This document shows, one piece after another, positions 23,943 to 35,599 of a stretch of DNA of 64,000 nucleotides (the first letter of the stretch is position 1; each line of letters starts with the position of its first letter). The stretch covers positions 11,160,001-11,224,000 of the forward strand of contig CM060731.1 of assembly GCA_030704615.1 (NCBI GenBank). The letters run 5' to 3'. The position numbers and the translations under genes are program-made. The notes beneath the pieces were generated by a model, which was not told the origin of the DNA, ran no database searches, and saw only the letters and a program-made list of their open reading frames with translations. This DNA is from Takakia lepidozioides (Eukaryota > Plantae > Bryophyta).

Positions 23943-25027
23943 GGAAGTCAGTTATTGTTCGTGAATGGGATAATTTCCGGAACTGACGTGTCGTTGTTGG
24001 TAGACACAGGAGCGTCGCACTCCTTCATGACACCGGCAATGGCACAAAAACTGGGGCTCCCAACAAGTGACGTGAGGGCCTCTATTGAAGTGCGTTCTGC
24101 CAAAAAAGAACCACAACTAGCGACGAGGTTGGCGTTCGATGTTCCTCTTCAGCTAGGAAGTTGGGAGGGACGTGAGAACTTCACCATTTGCAAGATCGAT
24201 GGAGTGGATCTCATTTTGGGGATGACCTTTTTGAGCAGATCCGGAGCGGGATGGCTGCAAGAGAATAGTCACGCTACCGTGTGGGAATGGTGGCGAAGTT
24301 TTATGAGTGTCGGAAACGCCCAACCCAGTAGGAGGGTGAATAAACCTGTTGTCAGCAACGGAGTGGGCCGTGGAGGAGTCACACGAGCCCCAGTTTTTGC
24401 TTTACGTAAGAGATGTGAAGGGAGAAGGCGACAGGGAGTCGAGCCCGGATTGGATCAAGGGGATTTTGGAGAAATACCAGGATGAATTGCTAGAGGATTT
24501 ACCAAGTGGCTTGCCACCGCGAAGAGGAGTTGACCACAAGATTGAGGTGATACCGGGATCGGAGCCGCAGAGAGTTGGTCGAGCTGAAGGCTCAGCTCAA
24601 GGATCTAATGTCAAAAGGGTACATCCGGCCGAGTGTACGGAGCCCCGGTGCTATTCGCAGACAAGAAGGATGGGAAGTTGCGGATGTGTGTCGATAATAG
24701 GGCTCTGAATAAGGTGACCATAAAAAACCGGTACCATTTGCCAAGGATCGACGACCTCTTCGATCGGTTGGCAGGAGTGAAGTATTTCAGCCGGATCGAT
24801 TTGCGCTCCGGCTACCATCAAATCCGAGTGGCGGAAGGAGATGAGGAGAAGACCGCATGCAGGACAAGATATGGTTCATATGAGTTCTTGGTGATGCCTT
24901 TTGGGCTCACCAATGCACCCGCGACCTTTAACACGCTAATGAACAACCTTTTCCAGGAGTGGTTGGATGATCTTGTGATCGTGTACATCGACGACATCTT
25001 GGTGTACTCAAAAACAAAGGAAGAGCA
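23943..25027 (+). pseudogene. Chromovirus protease and RT N-terminal part
   Basis: LLVDTGASHSF; DLRSGYHQ; [27 protein letters not shown]; [12 protein letters not shown], interrupted by the CACTA. Confidence 0.9.
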
Positions 25028-27027
25028 CACTAGAAGAAAAACGTGGAATAACCACTCTATTAACCACTCATTATGAGTGGTAAAAGACACTAAACCATTT
25101 TGGCCCCAGAGTGATGAAGAACCAGTGGATTAGGACAAGTGAGTGGTAAAAGACATTGCGTGGCACTATTGGTTAAGGTCAGTGGTTCAAACCACTCACG
25201 TTCGGGTCCACCTGTTAGCTGACGTGTCACAGTGGTAAATTAACTTCTGTGACATGTCAATGACGTGTCACAAAGGTAAACTAACCACTTATGACGTGTC
25301 ACAGTGGTAAACTGACGTGTCATAGTGGTAAAGTAATGACTTCCGTTTTTGCAGTGGACACGTGTAAGCCGGTGGTCCGTGGATGATATTGGAGATTATG
25401 TCGACACGTGACGACACTCTCAGCATAGACACATGTTGTGTGTCAGTGCTACAAAATAGATAGAGTGAAAAATTCAATGACTTCCGAAACCACTCGTTGA
25501 GTGATCACGAAATGACTCATATAGTCATTCTATGAAAACTGAGAATATACAATATCATTCACAGCATGGTTATGTGAGTAGATGACGTCTCTTAGCAGAT
25601 CATTGGAGTGATTACCCACAGAGTGGTATGTAAACTGTTTGAGTCATCCATGGTGTCTCTCTGAGTGGGAACTATGGATTGGAGTGATTACTAACAGAGT
25701 GGTGTGTAAATGATTAGGAATACCACTGGAGGAATCCATACCACTAATACAGTAATATATAGGTGATTACTTATACCACTATATGAGTGGTATTATGGGC
25801 AATTGTGTGCATTTGGCTACTCCCACAGTTTTAAATTATACCACTATTACAGTGATGTGCAAGTGATTATGAACATGACTAGAGGAACACATACCACTAA
25901 TGTAGTGAAAGAAGTACCATTGGGGATTCAACCTCTACAAAATAGAATAGAATCCCAGAGAGTAAGTGCTGGAACATTGTCAACAAAATCCAGCCATGAT
26001 AAAAGTCTGAGCCTAACTTCTACATGGCCTCTCTGCATGCATGCTAGGAACACTGAACTCATGCCTTAAGTTCATGAAGTTTTTGCCTCAGTTGTCCCAC
26101 CATTGACTGGGGTCAGAAAAGTATTCATTCCACAGCTTCTCCTCGTCTCAGCTGTTACCTGTTTCTGGATACTTCCCTATTGTCACATTGGCAGTACCAT
26201 GTCAAAGTCGCTCCAAACTATCAAAGGCTCACACAACCAGCTAATTTGCAGAATTCAACATGAAAATTTAGGGCCTATTTTGATAAGAGGGAAAAAACAG
26301 GGTGAAATGTGTTGAAGAATGTGCCTTCATTACCAGTGCCTGAGTTTATCAACGATGCAATGGCGTGAGCCTTGCGCGTGAGCGCGCAAGCATACGCTCA
26401 CGCAGGAGTGACGTGGCGTGAGCGTGCACCTACGCTGACGTGGCGTGAGCATGATGTCAGCAGGCTGATATGATGACAAATGCTGATGTGGCATTGCGCC
26501 GTCATTTGTCACGTCAGCATGGACATGCGCCGCCTATAATCGAGGATGGTCTTATGACCGTGGGATTAATGCAAGGAATCCTTGGCTGAATACAATGAAG
26601 ACTACCATGGGGCCTACAATTGTAGCATCCAACATTGTGCAATTACAAATGTTTGTTTCACTTTTACAATTACAAGGACAAGAAAATATCCTCACAAAGT
26701 ATGCGCCATAGAGGCTGCCACGGGAAGACCTAGCTCCCTCCCCAAATAACAATGAGAGTTAGGATCATCTTCAAAAGATGATGGCATTGCATAGCGACAG
26801 GAAAACATGTAGACTTCGAAAAGTGCAATGATGCATATGCTTTTAAAAGTTGTCACTTAGAGCTCACTCAGTATAGTTGGAAGCATAATGAAGGGATAAG
26901 GGACGTCATATCATTGCACCGCCGACGATGTTGCAAACGAATTGATTTGAATTGAATTTCCATGACAATGTTGCAAATTGCACATTTTATAGCATGGTCG
27001 TCCACATATCACATTGCATAGCAGATG

Positions 27028-28140
27028 CTACCTATGTGTTGTATTCCGCTGCAATAGAGTATCGACCTCGTTGAAACTCAGAATAGCCTGGTGAACGAAG
27101 TTGTCACGTTTGGGATTGCAAACCATCATCTTCAAAAATATGAAATACAAATGTTTGCAGGGTATGAATTTACCTCTCTTGCCCAAACTGGTTGATAGCA
27201 TATTCACAAAATCAGGACATGTGCAATTGGGGAAATTGGAAACCGTGATGTCGTAGGCCCCGTCATGAACAGCAAATGTCAAAGTGATCATTGTGTACAC
27301 CCGACCGTATCCTGGATTGGGCACTTCCGTGGTGCTTGCAACACGAGCTTGGAGCATTCCTGCGGATTCCACTTTGCCGAAGTGTTCAGTGGTCGGAGGA
27401 AAACGCCGAACCAGCTTTCCATCTTATTTGGTTGGCCACAAGTGAGGATTTGCCAGAGGGACCCGAGAGGATGCAGAAGTAGAAGCACATGCATACAGTT
27501 GGGGTTTTCTCGCAAGGGAAAAGCCTGCCTCCTCCAGCATTGCAATCTCCTGACTCGTGAGATGTGTTCCCACCTTGACGGGCCAAACGGTTGGAGGAGC
27601 TAGCTTCATCACCACGGAAGGACGCACAGTTCCATGCAGACATCTACCACAATCGTCTGCGCAGAACCAAAATTTGTGGTTCTTGGCTTTCTGGTTGGCC
27701 GTATGGACGCATCACACCCGTGAAAGTCGGAGTAGGAGTCCGGGCACCACCTCTGGATATAGATGAAGTGCACTTTTCGAAATTAGTTGCCCTGATCGCT
27801 ATACATTTCACACGAGAACCTGCACTTGTGCGTTCTATGTGCCAAACGTGGTTGGGGAATGTTGACTTCAGCACATCAAGGAGGTAGTTTCTCTCCTGCA
27901 TCATTTCAGTGACATTGTTTGATGCTGGAGCCTGCCGTCGTGTCGGAGGTTTCTCCAGAATGGAGGTTCCGGACATGGATGTGTCATGCAGGGGAACACG
28001 AGGCTTCGAGAAGTTATCACGGTCTGCCCTGTACGAATCGGAATCTGAACTAGGTGGGGTGTTCAATTTCCTCTTACAGGAGCCGAATCTCTCCTCCCCT
28101 TCAAGATGTGGAATTCTAGAAACAAGTGGCGTTCCCTAGG
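27028..28140 (-). pseudogene. SWIM zinc-finger protein C-terminal part (transposon-associated)
   Basis: YDITVSNFPNCTCPDF...IPCKHLYFIF (CxC-xn-CxH); upstream frameshifted ORFs. Confidence 0.7.
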
Positions 28141-28144
28141 CATA

Positions 28145-29200
28145 CAAAAAAAAACAAAAAAAAACAGAAATGATGATCGGCGGCACCGACCATCGTATCC
28201 ACCCAAATGCCAAATGTCAAAAGCCACCTTAAATTTATTTAAAAACAAAACAAAAAAATAAAATCAAATAGTGATGATCGGTGGCACCGAAAGAAGTGAT
28301 TGTCGGCACCGGCCATCACATCCACCCAAATGCCGAATGTCAAAAACCAAAAAATAAATAAATAAATGATGATCAGCCATAGTGACAGAAGTGATGGTCG
28401 GCATCGACCATCGCATCCGCCCTAATGCCGAATGTCAAAAGTAAAAAAAAAAAGATCGGCGGCACTGACAGAAGTGATGGTCGGCACCGACCATCACATC
28501 CACCCAAATGCCGAATGTCAAAAGCCAAAAGAAAAAGAAAAAATAGAGAGTGGTGATCGGTAACAGAAGTGATGGTCAGCACTGATCATCACATCCACCC
28601 AAATGTCGAATGTCCCAAAAAAAAAAAAACGAAAAAGAATGATCGGCGGCACCGACAGAAGTGATTGTCGGCACCGATCATGGCATCCACCCAAATGCCG
28701 AATGTCAAAAAATTAAAATTTAAAAAAAAAATGATGATCGGCTGCACTGGCAGAAGTGATGGTCGGCACCGACCATCGCATCCGCCCAAATGCCGAATGT
28801 CAAAAGCCAATTAAAATTTATTAAGAAAAAAATAAAAAATAAACAAAAAGTGATGATCAACGGCACCGACAAAAGTGATGGTCGGTGCCGACCATCACAT
28901 CCACCCAAATGCCGAATGTCCCAAAAAAAAAACAGAGAGTGATGATCGGCGGCACCGACAGATGTGATGGTCGGCACCCAAATGTCGAATGAAAGAAAAG
29001 TATTTAAAAAAAAATGATCGGCGGCACCGACAGAAGTGATGGCCGACACCGATCATCACATCCATCCAAATGCCAAATATCAAAAGCAAAAAATAAAATA
29101 AAAAATAAAAATAAATAAATAACCAGAAGTAATGATCGGCACCGATCATCACATCCACCCAAATGCCGAATGTCAAATGCAAAAAAACAAAAAAAATTAT
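28145..29200. repeat. Tandem array of about 10 imperfect ~90-120 bp units with a hairpin core and A-rich spacers
   Basis: Unit GATCGGCGGCACCGACAGAAGTGATGGTCGGCACCGACCATCACATCCACCCAAATGCCGAATGTCAAAA followed by an A-rich tract. Confidence 0.9.
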
Positions 29201-29420
29201 GCGGCTACCGATTCCGCGGCTATAGGCCCCTTTCTCCCTGTTCTGTCCGCGGTCATAGGTACGCCCGTGGAAATGACATGGCGAGGCGTGACGTGACGTC
29301 AACCACGCTGACGAAGACTGCTGAAGTGGCGTCGGACCCTTGAGCCAACGTGGCGAGAACCGGTGACGTGGCGTGAGCTTGGCCGCGCTCACGCGGCTAG
29401 GCTCACGAGGAGGCATTCCC

Positions 29421-29700
29421 CGTACACTTCCAGCTTTGGTGATGCAACCATGCACCTCCGATGCCCTTTTCCAGGGCTGCCAGGCTTGCACACGCACTGC
29501 AAACGCACACAAACATGATGTGGTCGAACTTCACCCCTTCCCCCATCATTTGCTTTCAGGTCTCCAAAGCCCCATACAGCGCCCCTGCTCTGCACACCCC
29601 GTAAGCATCACATTCCACAATACCACATCTCATTCAGCCATAGTGTTGAACACTCCCTTGGCATCCTCAATGCTACCATATTTGGCATACATGGCCACCA
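29421..29700 (-). pseudogene. PLS-type PPR fragment
   Basis: MYAKYGSIEDAKGVFNTMAE*DVVLWN...EVHGCI; homologous to 44790-47330. Confidence 0.75.
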
Positions 29701-29702
29701 AA

Positions 29703-29840
29703 GGGGGGGTGCTATTCCGTGAGCCCGGAGGCGTGAGCCTGTGAGCCCAGGATACCGTGCGCCCAGCACAGGCTCACGCCACGTCAGCATGCATACAGGG
29801 CCTATTTCCGCGGGTATCACCTATTACCGCGGGTTGATCA
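29703..29840 (+). repeat. Left end of a second X-family element (X2)
   Basis: GGGGGGGTGCTATTCCGTGAGCC resembles the reverse complement of the X1 right end; shares CACGTCAGCATG and CTATnnCCGCGG motifs. Confidence 0.5.
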
Positions 29841-30417
29841 GCCCTTTCCAGGGAATGCAGACTGGATGTATTACATCCATTGTATCCATCCTTTCTATCC
29901 ATTGCATCCATTTAGACGTTATCAACATACCAAGCCCCTACATTGGAATGTGGCTCAATCGTGAGGAGGTGCACACTCACATCATCCAAAGCGGATCCCT
30001 GAGAAATGTTTTCTTACTCACCACCCTTGCGAACATGCCAGGTATGTGCGGGAGCATCATGGATGCTCACTAGAAGAATGCCTGAACGATCTTTGATCAC
30101 GTGGACTTTAACGTGATGGATTTATCAAGCATTCTTCTGGCAGGAATGGTTTGAGACCAACGAGCAAATGATGCGAGAATGCTCTACCCAAACCAAAGAC
30201 GTTTGTTTGTTTTTGCAATGCACACAAGCCTGTGAGCTCCACAAAACACTAAATAGATTGAAGGAACAATCCGGGTAGTCCATACAACCCCCATCTCCAA
30301 CGATAGTTTGTTCCCATGAATTTGCATCCCACGCAGACATTGCAAACATGACAACAAGGACACACAACCATCCCATTTCAAAATTGGCCCCGAATAAAAG
30401 CAAAAGAAAACTTCATA

Positions 30418-32610
30418 TCAAGTGTCACAGTCATCAGAATCAGTATCGACCTCCTCTGCTATGTCATCCACAAAGATTCCGGCCCCAACACCATCTTCTA
30501 CCATGGCCGTCGATGGTTGGACTGCGAGTGCCATGAACGGACATGCTTGCTGCGAGTGCCTCCGCATAGACGGGTAGCACGTAAGACTGAGGAGGACTTG
30601 AAAGAAGTCCAAAAAGGTGTGATAGCCCTGGAGGGTCAGTGGAAGCACACGGACTCCTACACAAGTCGACAAAAACGCATTTTGAATACAATGATGCAAT
30701 GCACAAGTCCAAGGAAGAGGATGTCTCTCATGTGCACTCTGCCTTAAGAACAGTGATTCTGGGTATTGAAACAACAATGCAAGCATCCACAGGTTGAACT
30801 TACCCACAGGCAAAGTCGAAGTCTAGCTCCTTGTCGAAAGTCTCCACTGTATCAATATCACCGGGAACGGGCTTCGGAAGGACTTGAGAAGTGTGTCCAC
30901 CCAAACCCATCAGGGTGTTCTTGTAAATCTCGACATCCCCTTCAATCCCAAAGAGATGTCTTGCACTAGCCTTGCAAGCGTGGTACGAAGCACCTGCAGT
31001 GGAATAGAACGAAGGAAACAGACATTGAAGACACATTTGGAACAGTGGGAAGTGCAGAAAGTGCAAGCTCAAACAAACCTGATGAAATGTGAATGTTGAA
31101 GAGACGAACATGTGCCCATTGACAAATCCAGAACTCTAGCGTCTGTGTAGGTGTAGCACTCCACAATCGTTTGAATAAAAGCCGGGCTCCTCTCCTTGAC
31201 CCCTCTCCAAGGAACCCCATTCCCCCTTTGCAAGCACACATTGCTGCCCACGTAGTTGTGGTGCATGTCATTCGTGGGAGGATCTGTCCTCTCGTCTATG
31301 AACTTGCCCCCATGAGTGATGCCAAACTCCCTAATGACGGCTGGAGTCGTAGGTGGATGCACCCGGACGAGACTAACAGCTTTAAATAGACGAGTCCACG
31401 AACAGGACATCCACAAGGAACTAAAAAGCTTGAAAACCAGGCCCCTACATATTCAGTTGAGCGACTTATGGAACTCCATCCGAGAACCACCAAGAAGAGG
31501 AATAAGAAGGCAGATTTACCTCCTGGACGATCCCCCTTTGTCAAGTACATGTTGTTCACACAATTCCATGTCTTCACGACCCTCATACCGGAGGCTTTCA
31601 AATAGCTGGCAAGTGCACGGCGACAGCGAAGGTCGATGGACTGAATGAGCAGCAAACACCTGCATCGGATAGAAAGAAATTGCAAAAGGAGAAAACCCAC
31701 CGCCAGTAGCGCTCATCAAAAGCATTCCAACCTGGACAAGCACTGGTTGGAGGAACATCCGGGACTGGCAACCCATCAGGGATGTCTAAGATGATGAGTT
31801 CGGCTGCATATGGCTTCTCCTTCCCGTTCACCGAGGATCTAGTCATTTAGCCTGCAAACAAGCATGCAATGAAATGCTCAAGACGCTTGAAACGAGCCAT
31901 GCCCACAACACACAAGAAGCAAAAGACAACACGCATCGTGCTGAGGAACTCCACAATCCTCTCCCACACTGGTGATGGATCGCCCTTGTAATCAGATTTC
32001 TTGGACTCCATCATGGCAAGGAACCCGACGTTGGCCATCTCCAACTTGGTAGGGCGAATGACCCTCGTGGGATCCTCCACCGCATGGTACGGGTCCTTAG
32101 GATCAACCACCCCCTTGTTCTTTCTCCCGGATCCCCTATCATGCGGTGGAGTCTCTTTGGTCAGCTGGACATCCGCCGCAGGGCCAGTTTCTGCAACACT
32201 TCCCTGCCCAACAACCTGCCCTTGCGCTCCCTTCCCCCTACCCCTTCCTTTCCCCACACCAACAGCAACATCCTTTCCCTTCGCCTTTCTACCTTTACCC
32301 GGGGTATCCTGAGCGGGAGGCTCCTTCTCTGCAAGTGTCCTCAAATTTCTATTTCGAGGTCGGCAGCTACGGCGGTAGCTGCCACATGCTCATTCTCTCT
32401 CCTCAAAGACACCTCCTGCGCTGGGGTCTCAGAAACAGGGCAATCCAAATACCAACCATAAGCAGAAAGATGGTCTGGGCCCTAGTCCTACAAGATCCCC
32501 GTAGTAAACATGGTCTGGTTGCCAGCAGGAACTAGCCACAAGTCCACGAAATCAGGATGTTTGTCCAAGCAGTTCTCTGCCATGAGAACATACTTTATGT
32601 ACCTGTAGGC
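30418..32610 (-). pseudogene. Spliced gene ending in a beta-class N4C/N6A DNA methyltransferase-like domain; upstream exons probably at 43720-44560
   Basis: AELIILDIPDG (motif IV-like), FFLSDAG, KERSPAFIQTIVECYT..DARVLDLSMGT/ASYHACKASARHLFGIEGDVEIY (motif X-I-II-like). GT..AG intron 31109-30994. Confidence 0.7.
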
Positions 32611-32777
32611 ACAGAGACAGCCTCATTATGCAATGCAACTATTGTCTCCCAGCTTTTCTACCACATCACGAAGACCCCCTAAAAGAGTATGCGGCACCGC
32701 ACACTGCAACCACCACACACAAAATAGCCTGAAGGGCCCAGGGTATGCACGTTGGTGTTACTACACACGGATAGAGC

Positions 32778-33133
32778 TGTCAAGTTAAATAAACACAGTG
32801 TGAAACTAACTAGAATAAATCTAGTTTTTTGTATTTAACACTTGGATTTAGTTCAAGTGTTAAGTCAGGTGTCAAGTTTAGTTTGACACCTGAACCGTCT
32901 TATCTTCACGAGAGCGTCAGTCGTGCGGCTCATCTCTCTCGAGTTGAGCCTGCACGACCGAGCTCCTTCACTGCTTAGAATCGGAGTGTGCTTATGAAGG
33001 GAGAATAGGATGTTGTGGGGTGGAGTCCCCATAGCTTGGGGTGCCCCTGGCTCGACTCTTAGTTTTAATGAGTGATTGTGTTGTGTTGAGTGTTTCTTTG
33101 TTATCAGACATGTGAGTTTAGTTATTTCAATCA
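32778..33133 (+). repeat. Copy B 5' terminal repeat A1 (356 bp)
   Basis: Matches 43264-43619. Confidence 0.92.
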
Positions 33134-33149
33134 CTTGAGAGAGATGATC
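33133..33149 (+). promoter_or_regulatory. Putative self-priming primer-binding site of copy B
   Basis: ACTTGAGAGAGATGATC is 15/17 complementary to GCTCATCTCTCTCGAGT at 32928-32944. Confidence 0.55.
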
Positions 33150-33507
33150 TTGCATCTGTGAGTGCCAGAGGTGAGTTTAGTTGTAGCACTTGTGGTTTTT
33201 GTTTTGAAAGTGAGAAAAGAAAATTATGGTGGTTTGTAGATTATGTTTGTGACAAGCTGGTTGAGACAGAGAAGCGATTATCTGTGTTCAGGTAATCTTT
33301 AGTTAGAAAGATGTCAAGTTTGGCCACTGGAGCGATGGTTAGAAAGCACGGTGAAGCCTTCTACTGTCTATCAGCTTTGTCATCGTTGTTGCCATCAAAA
33401 GGCTGACGGTGTGACAATGGCGGTGCCTTCCAGTGCCTAGGTTGAACGTACATGCCAGCACCTGGCATCGTCGGAGCATACTGGTCACCACCAACCTGTG
33501 CATTATG

Positions 33508-33769
33508 CGCCACCGTCGGTGCGGAAGCCGATGACGAAAGAATATCCTTCTTGCTAAAGGAGTTGGATGGTAAAGATATTACGGAGGTGATTGCTTCCGG
33601 TAGGGAGAAGTTTGCATCTATGCCATCAGGCGTAGGCGGCGGCGGCGGTGTTGTGGTGGCTTCCTCTGGTGGAGGTGGAGATGGAGGTGCTGCTGCTGCA
33701 CCTGTTGGAGAAAAGGAGGAAAAGAAGGAGGAGTCTAATGATGACATGGGTTTCAGCCTTTTCGACTAA
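33508..33769 (+). pseudogene. RPP2: Captured 60S acidic ribosomal protein P2 fragment (N-terminus missing)
   Basis: [39 protein letters not shown]...[13 protein letters not shown]. Confidence 0.88.
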
Positions 33770-33944
33770 GCTTGGGATGCAGTTTTGCAGCGCATCCGAT
33801 GGTTACTTTGATGCTATCTCAACTGCATGTGGCTGTTGAGCATTACTTAACAGTCGTTTTATACCTGCGCTGGTGCTGGTGGAGGTGACGCCATCGCCAC
33901 AGGAGCACCTTGCTTTATCCTCGGGGCGGCTGCTTGTTCTTCAG

Positions 33945-34065
33945 CTTATGTCTTCAACCTCCTCCAGATAGTCATTGAAGTCTCGAAGTGATGAAAACCC
34001 GTCCTCTCGTTTATTGAACAAGTTCTGAATTTTCCGACGCACAACAATCTCCTTGTTCATTTCGC
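33945..34065 (-). pseudogene. Captured MAT1 (CAK assembly factor) fragment
   Basis: KEIVVRRKIQNLFNKREDGFSSLRDFNDYLEEVEDI. Confidence 0.75.
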
Positions 34066-34229
34066 AGTGTTCGGCTTGTCCTTCTTGATCAACGCACTCT
34101 CTCAGACATTTCTGTGCTCTCAACTCCAAGCTAGGAAGAAAGAGGAGCAAAAGCTGGGGGCTGGATTCCGGAACTTGGTCGCAGACGGGCATTTGAAGAG
34201 GCCTTCATGAGTATGTGGATGAAGATAGC

Positions 34230-34830
34230 TGATATTGGAGAAGGTCATAAGTTGCATGAACCACAACCAAAGTTCCCTGCTTTGTGGTGGCACTCATGCA
34301 GAATGATTCTACCCCTTGTGATCTCAATGTCTTTTGAAACATGGGCCAGCAATCTGCTGCCTCTGGGATATCCATCTTGTTGTAAGCCACTACGTGTGGT
34401 TTAAGTGCCAAGTTGGCGTTGAAGAGCTGCAGCTCCAAGCGCACTGCTTCATACTCCTGAACAGCTTGCACACTTGTACCGTCCACCACCTGCACTAGGA
34501 CACGGCAATGCTCTGTGTGACGGAGGGACTCATGGCCCAAGCCCCCATGTGCTCTTCCAGCAGGCCGGGTAGATCAGCCACCACCATTGATGTGTCAAAA
34601 TCCAATGCCACTACCCCTAAGTTGGGCAGCAGTGTAGTGAAGGGATAGCTGGCAATTTCAGGGCGCACAGCACTGATGGCACTCAAAAGTGTGCTCTTGC
34701 CAGCATTTGGAACGGCCACTATGCCCACATCTGCAACCAGCTTCAGCTCCAATTCCACCCACATTTCTGCACCCTCTTCGCCATTTTCGGCCATCTGAGG
34801 AGTCTTGTTGCGACCAGTTTTGAGGCAGTG
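34230..34830 (-). pseudogene. Captured Obg-family GTPase fragment
   Basis: [23 protein letters not shown]; [11 protein letters not shown]; DLPGLLE; [15 protein letters not shown]; NKMD. Confidence 0.88.
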
Positions 34831-35599
34831 TTGCCTCACCCACCCCGACCTCCCGGCAGCAGCAGCTCCTGCTTCCCTGGAGTGGTCAATTCCAGCAGAA
34901 CATCTCCATTCCTTTAGTCTTCCCAACGCCGTGGCAACTCTGTGTTGACATTGGCTTCACCTGCTTTAGCCTTGGAAAGCTATTATGAAGGTTTGAAGAA
35001 GGCGTCCAAGGAATTCTTAGGGAACCTGCAGTGAATCGCAAAAAACGTGGGAACAAGGAACCAAAGGAAACCAATTGAAAATAGTTTTTCCTTGTATTTG
35101 TGTCTATTTAAGGTCATATATTATATTTACAGAGCCTCTTTGGCCATATCTTTGTCATATGAGCTCCGTTTGACACAGTTTTTGAAGGGATAGCTGTAGA
35201 AAGGGGAAATCTACCTACCTATTTAGTTTTTTGGACTCTGCTAAAAATCTATGGAATTTTTTGAGTGTGAGTGTGCTATGAAAGATCCACAATTCTGTTT
35301 CTAGAACCTGTTGTGGTTTACATGAGAGACAAATATGTGGATGTCCTCCTTATATGGCTGGGGGAAATGATGACGTAATTGAAGGGTCGGTGGTGAGGCT
35401 GGAGTGATGACCAGCAAGACCACCAGTGTTTCTTCTATGGTGAGGCTAGGTTGATGACCAGCCAACCATAGGAGTTCTTGTGGTGGATGCACGTGCACAT
35501 GCCCTGAGCCACTAGGATATGACCCTTAAACTGCAACAGGTGCCCACCCGTGTCACTATTAGAATTAGTACTAGAGCCTTATAGTGTCACGTAGGGGAG

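Larger units (their letters stand above)
26340..29420 (-). mobile_element. TIR-type DNA transposon fragment X1 with GGCGTGAGC-rich ends
   Basis: Inverted GC-rich end motifs at 26360-26570 and 29200-29420, right end ...GGCTCACGAGGAGGCATTCCCC. Left terminus and TSD not identified. Confidence 0.5.

Noticed and set aside
28145-29200. CRISPR array
   Set aside because: Repeats are long and degenerate, spacers are low-complexity A tracts, no cas genes, eukaryotic context.
32865-33155. Repeated short ORFs in terminal repeats (also 43351-43620, 5059-5244)
   Set aside because: Recur only because the repeats do; no protein motifs.
33452-33769. Functional RPP2 gene
   Set aside because: N-terminus replaced by unrelated sequence; lies within copy B.
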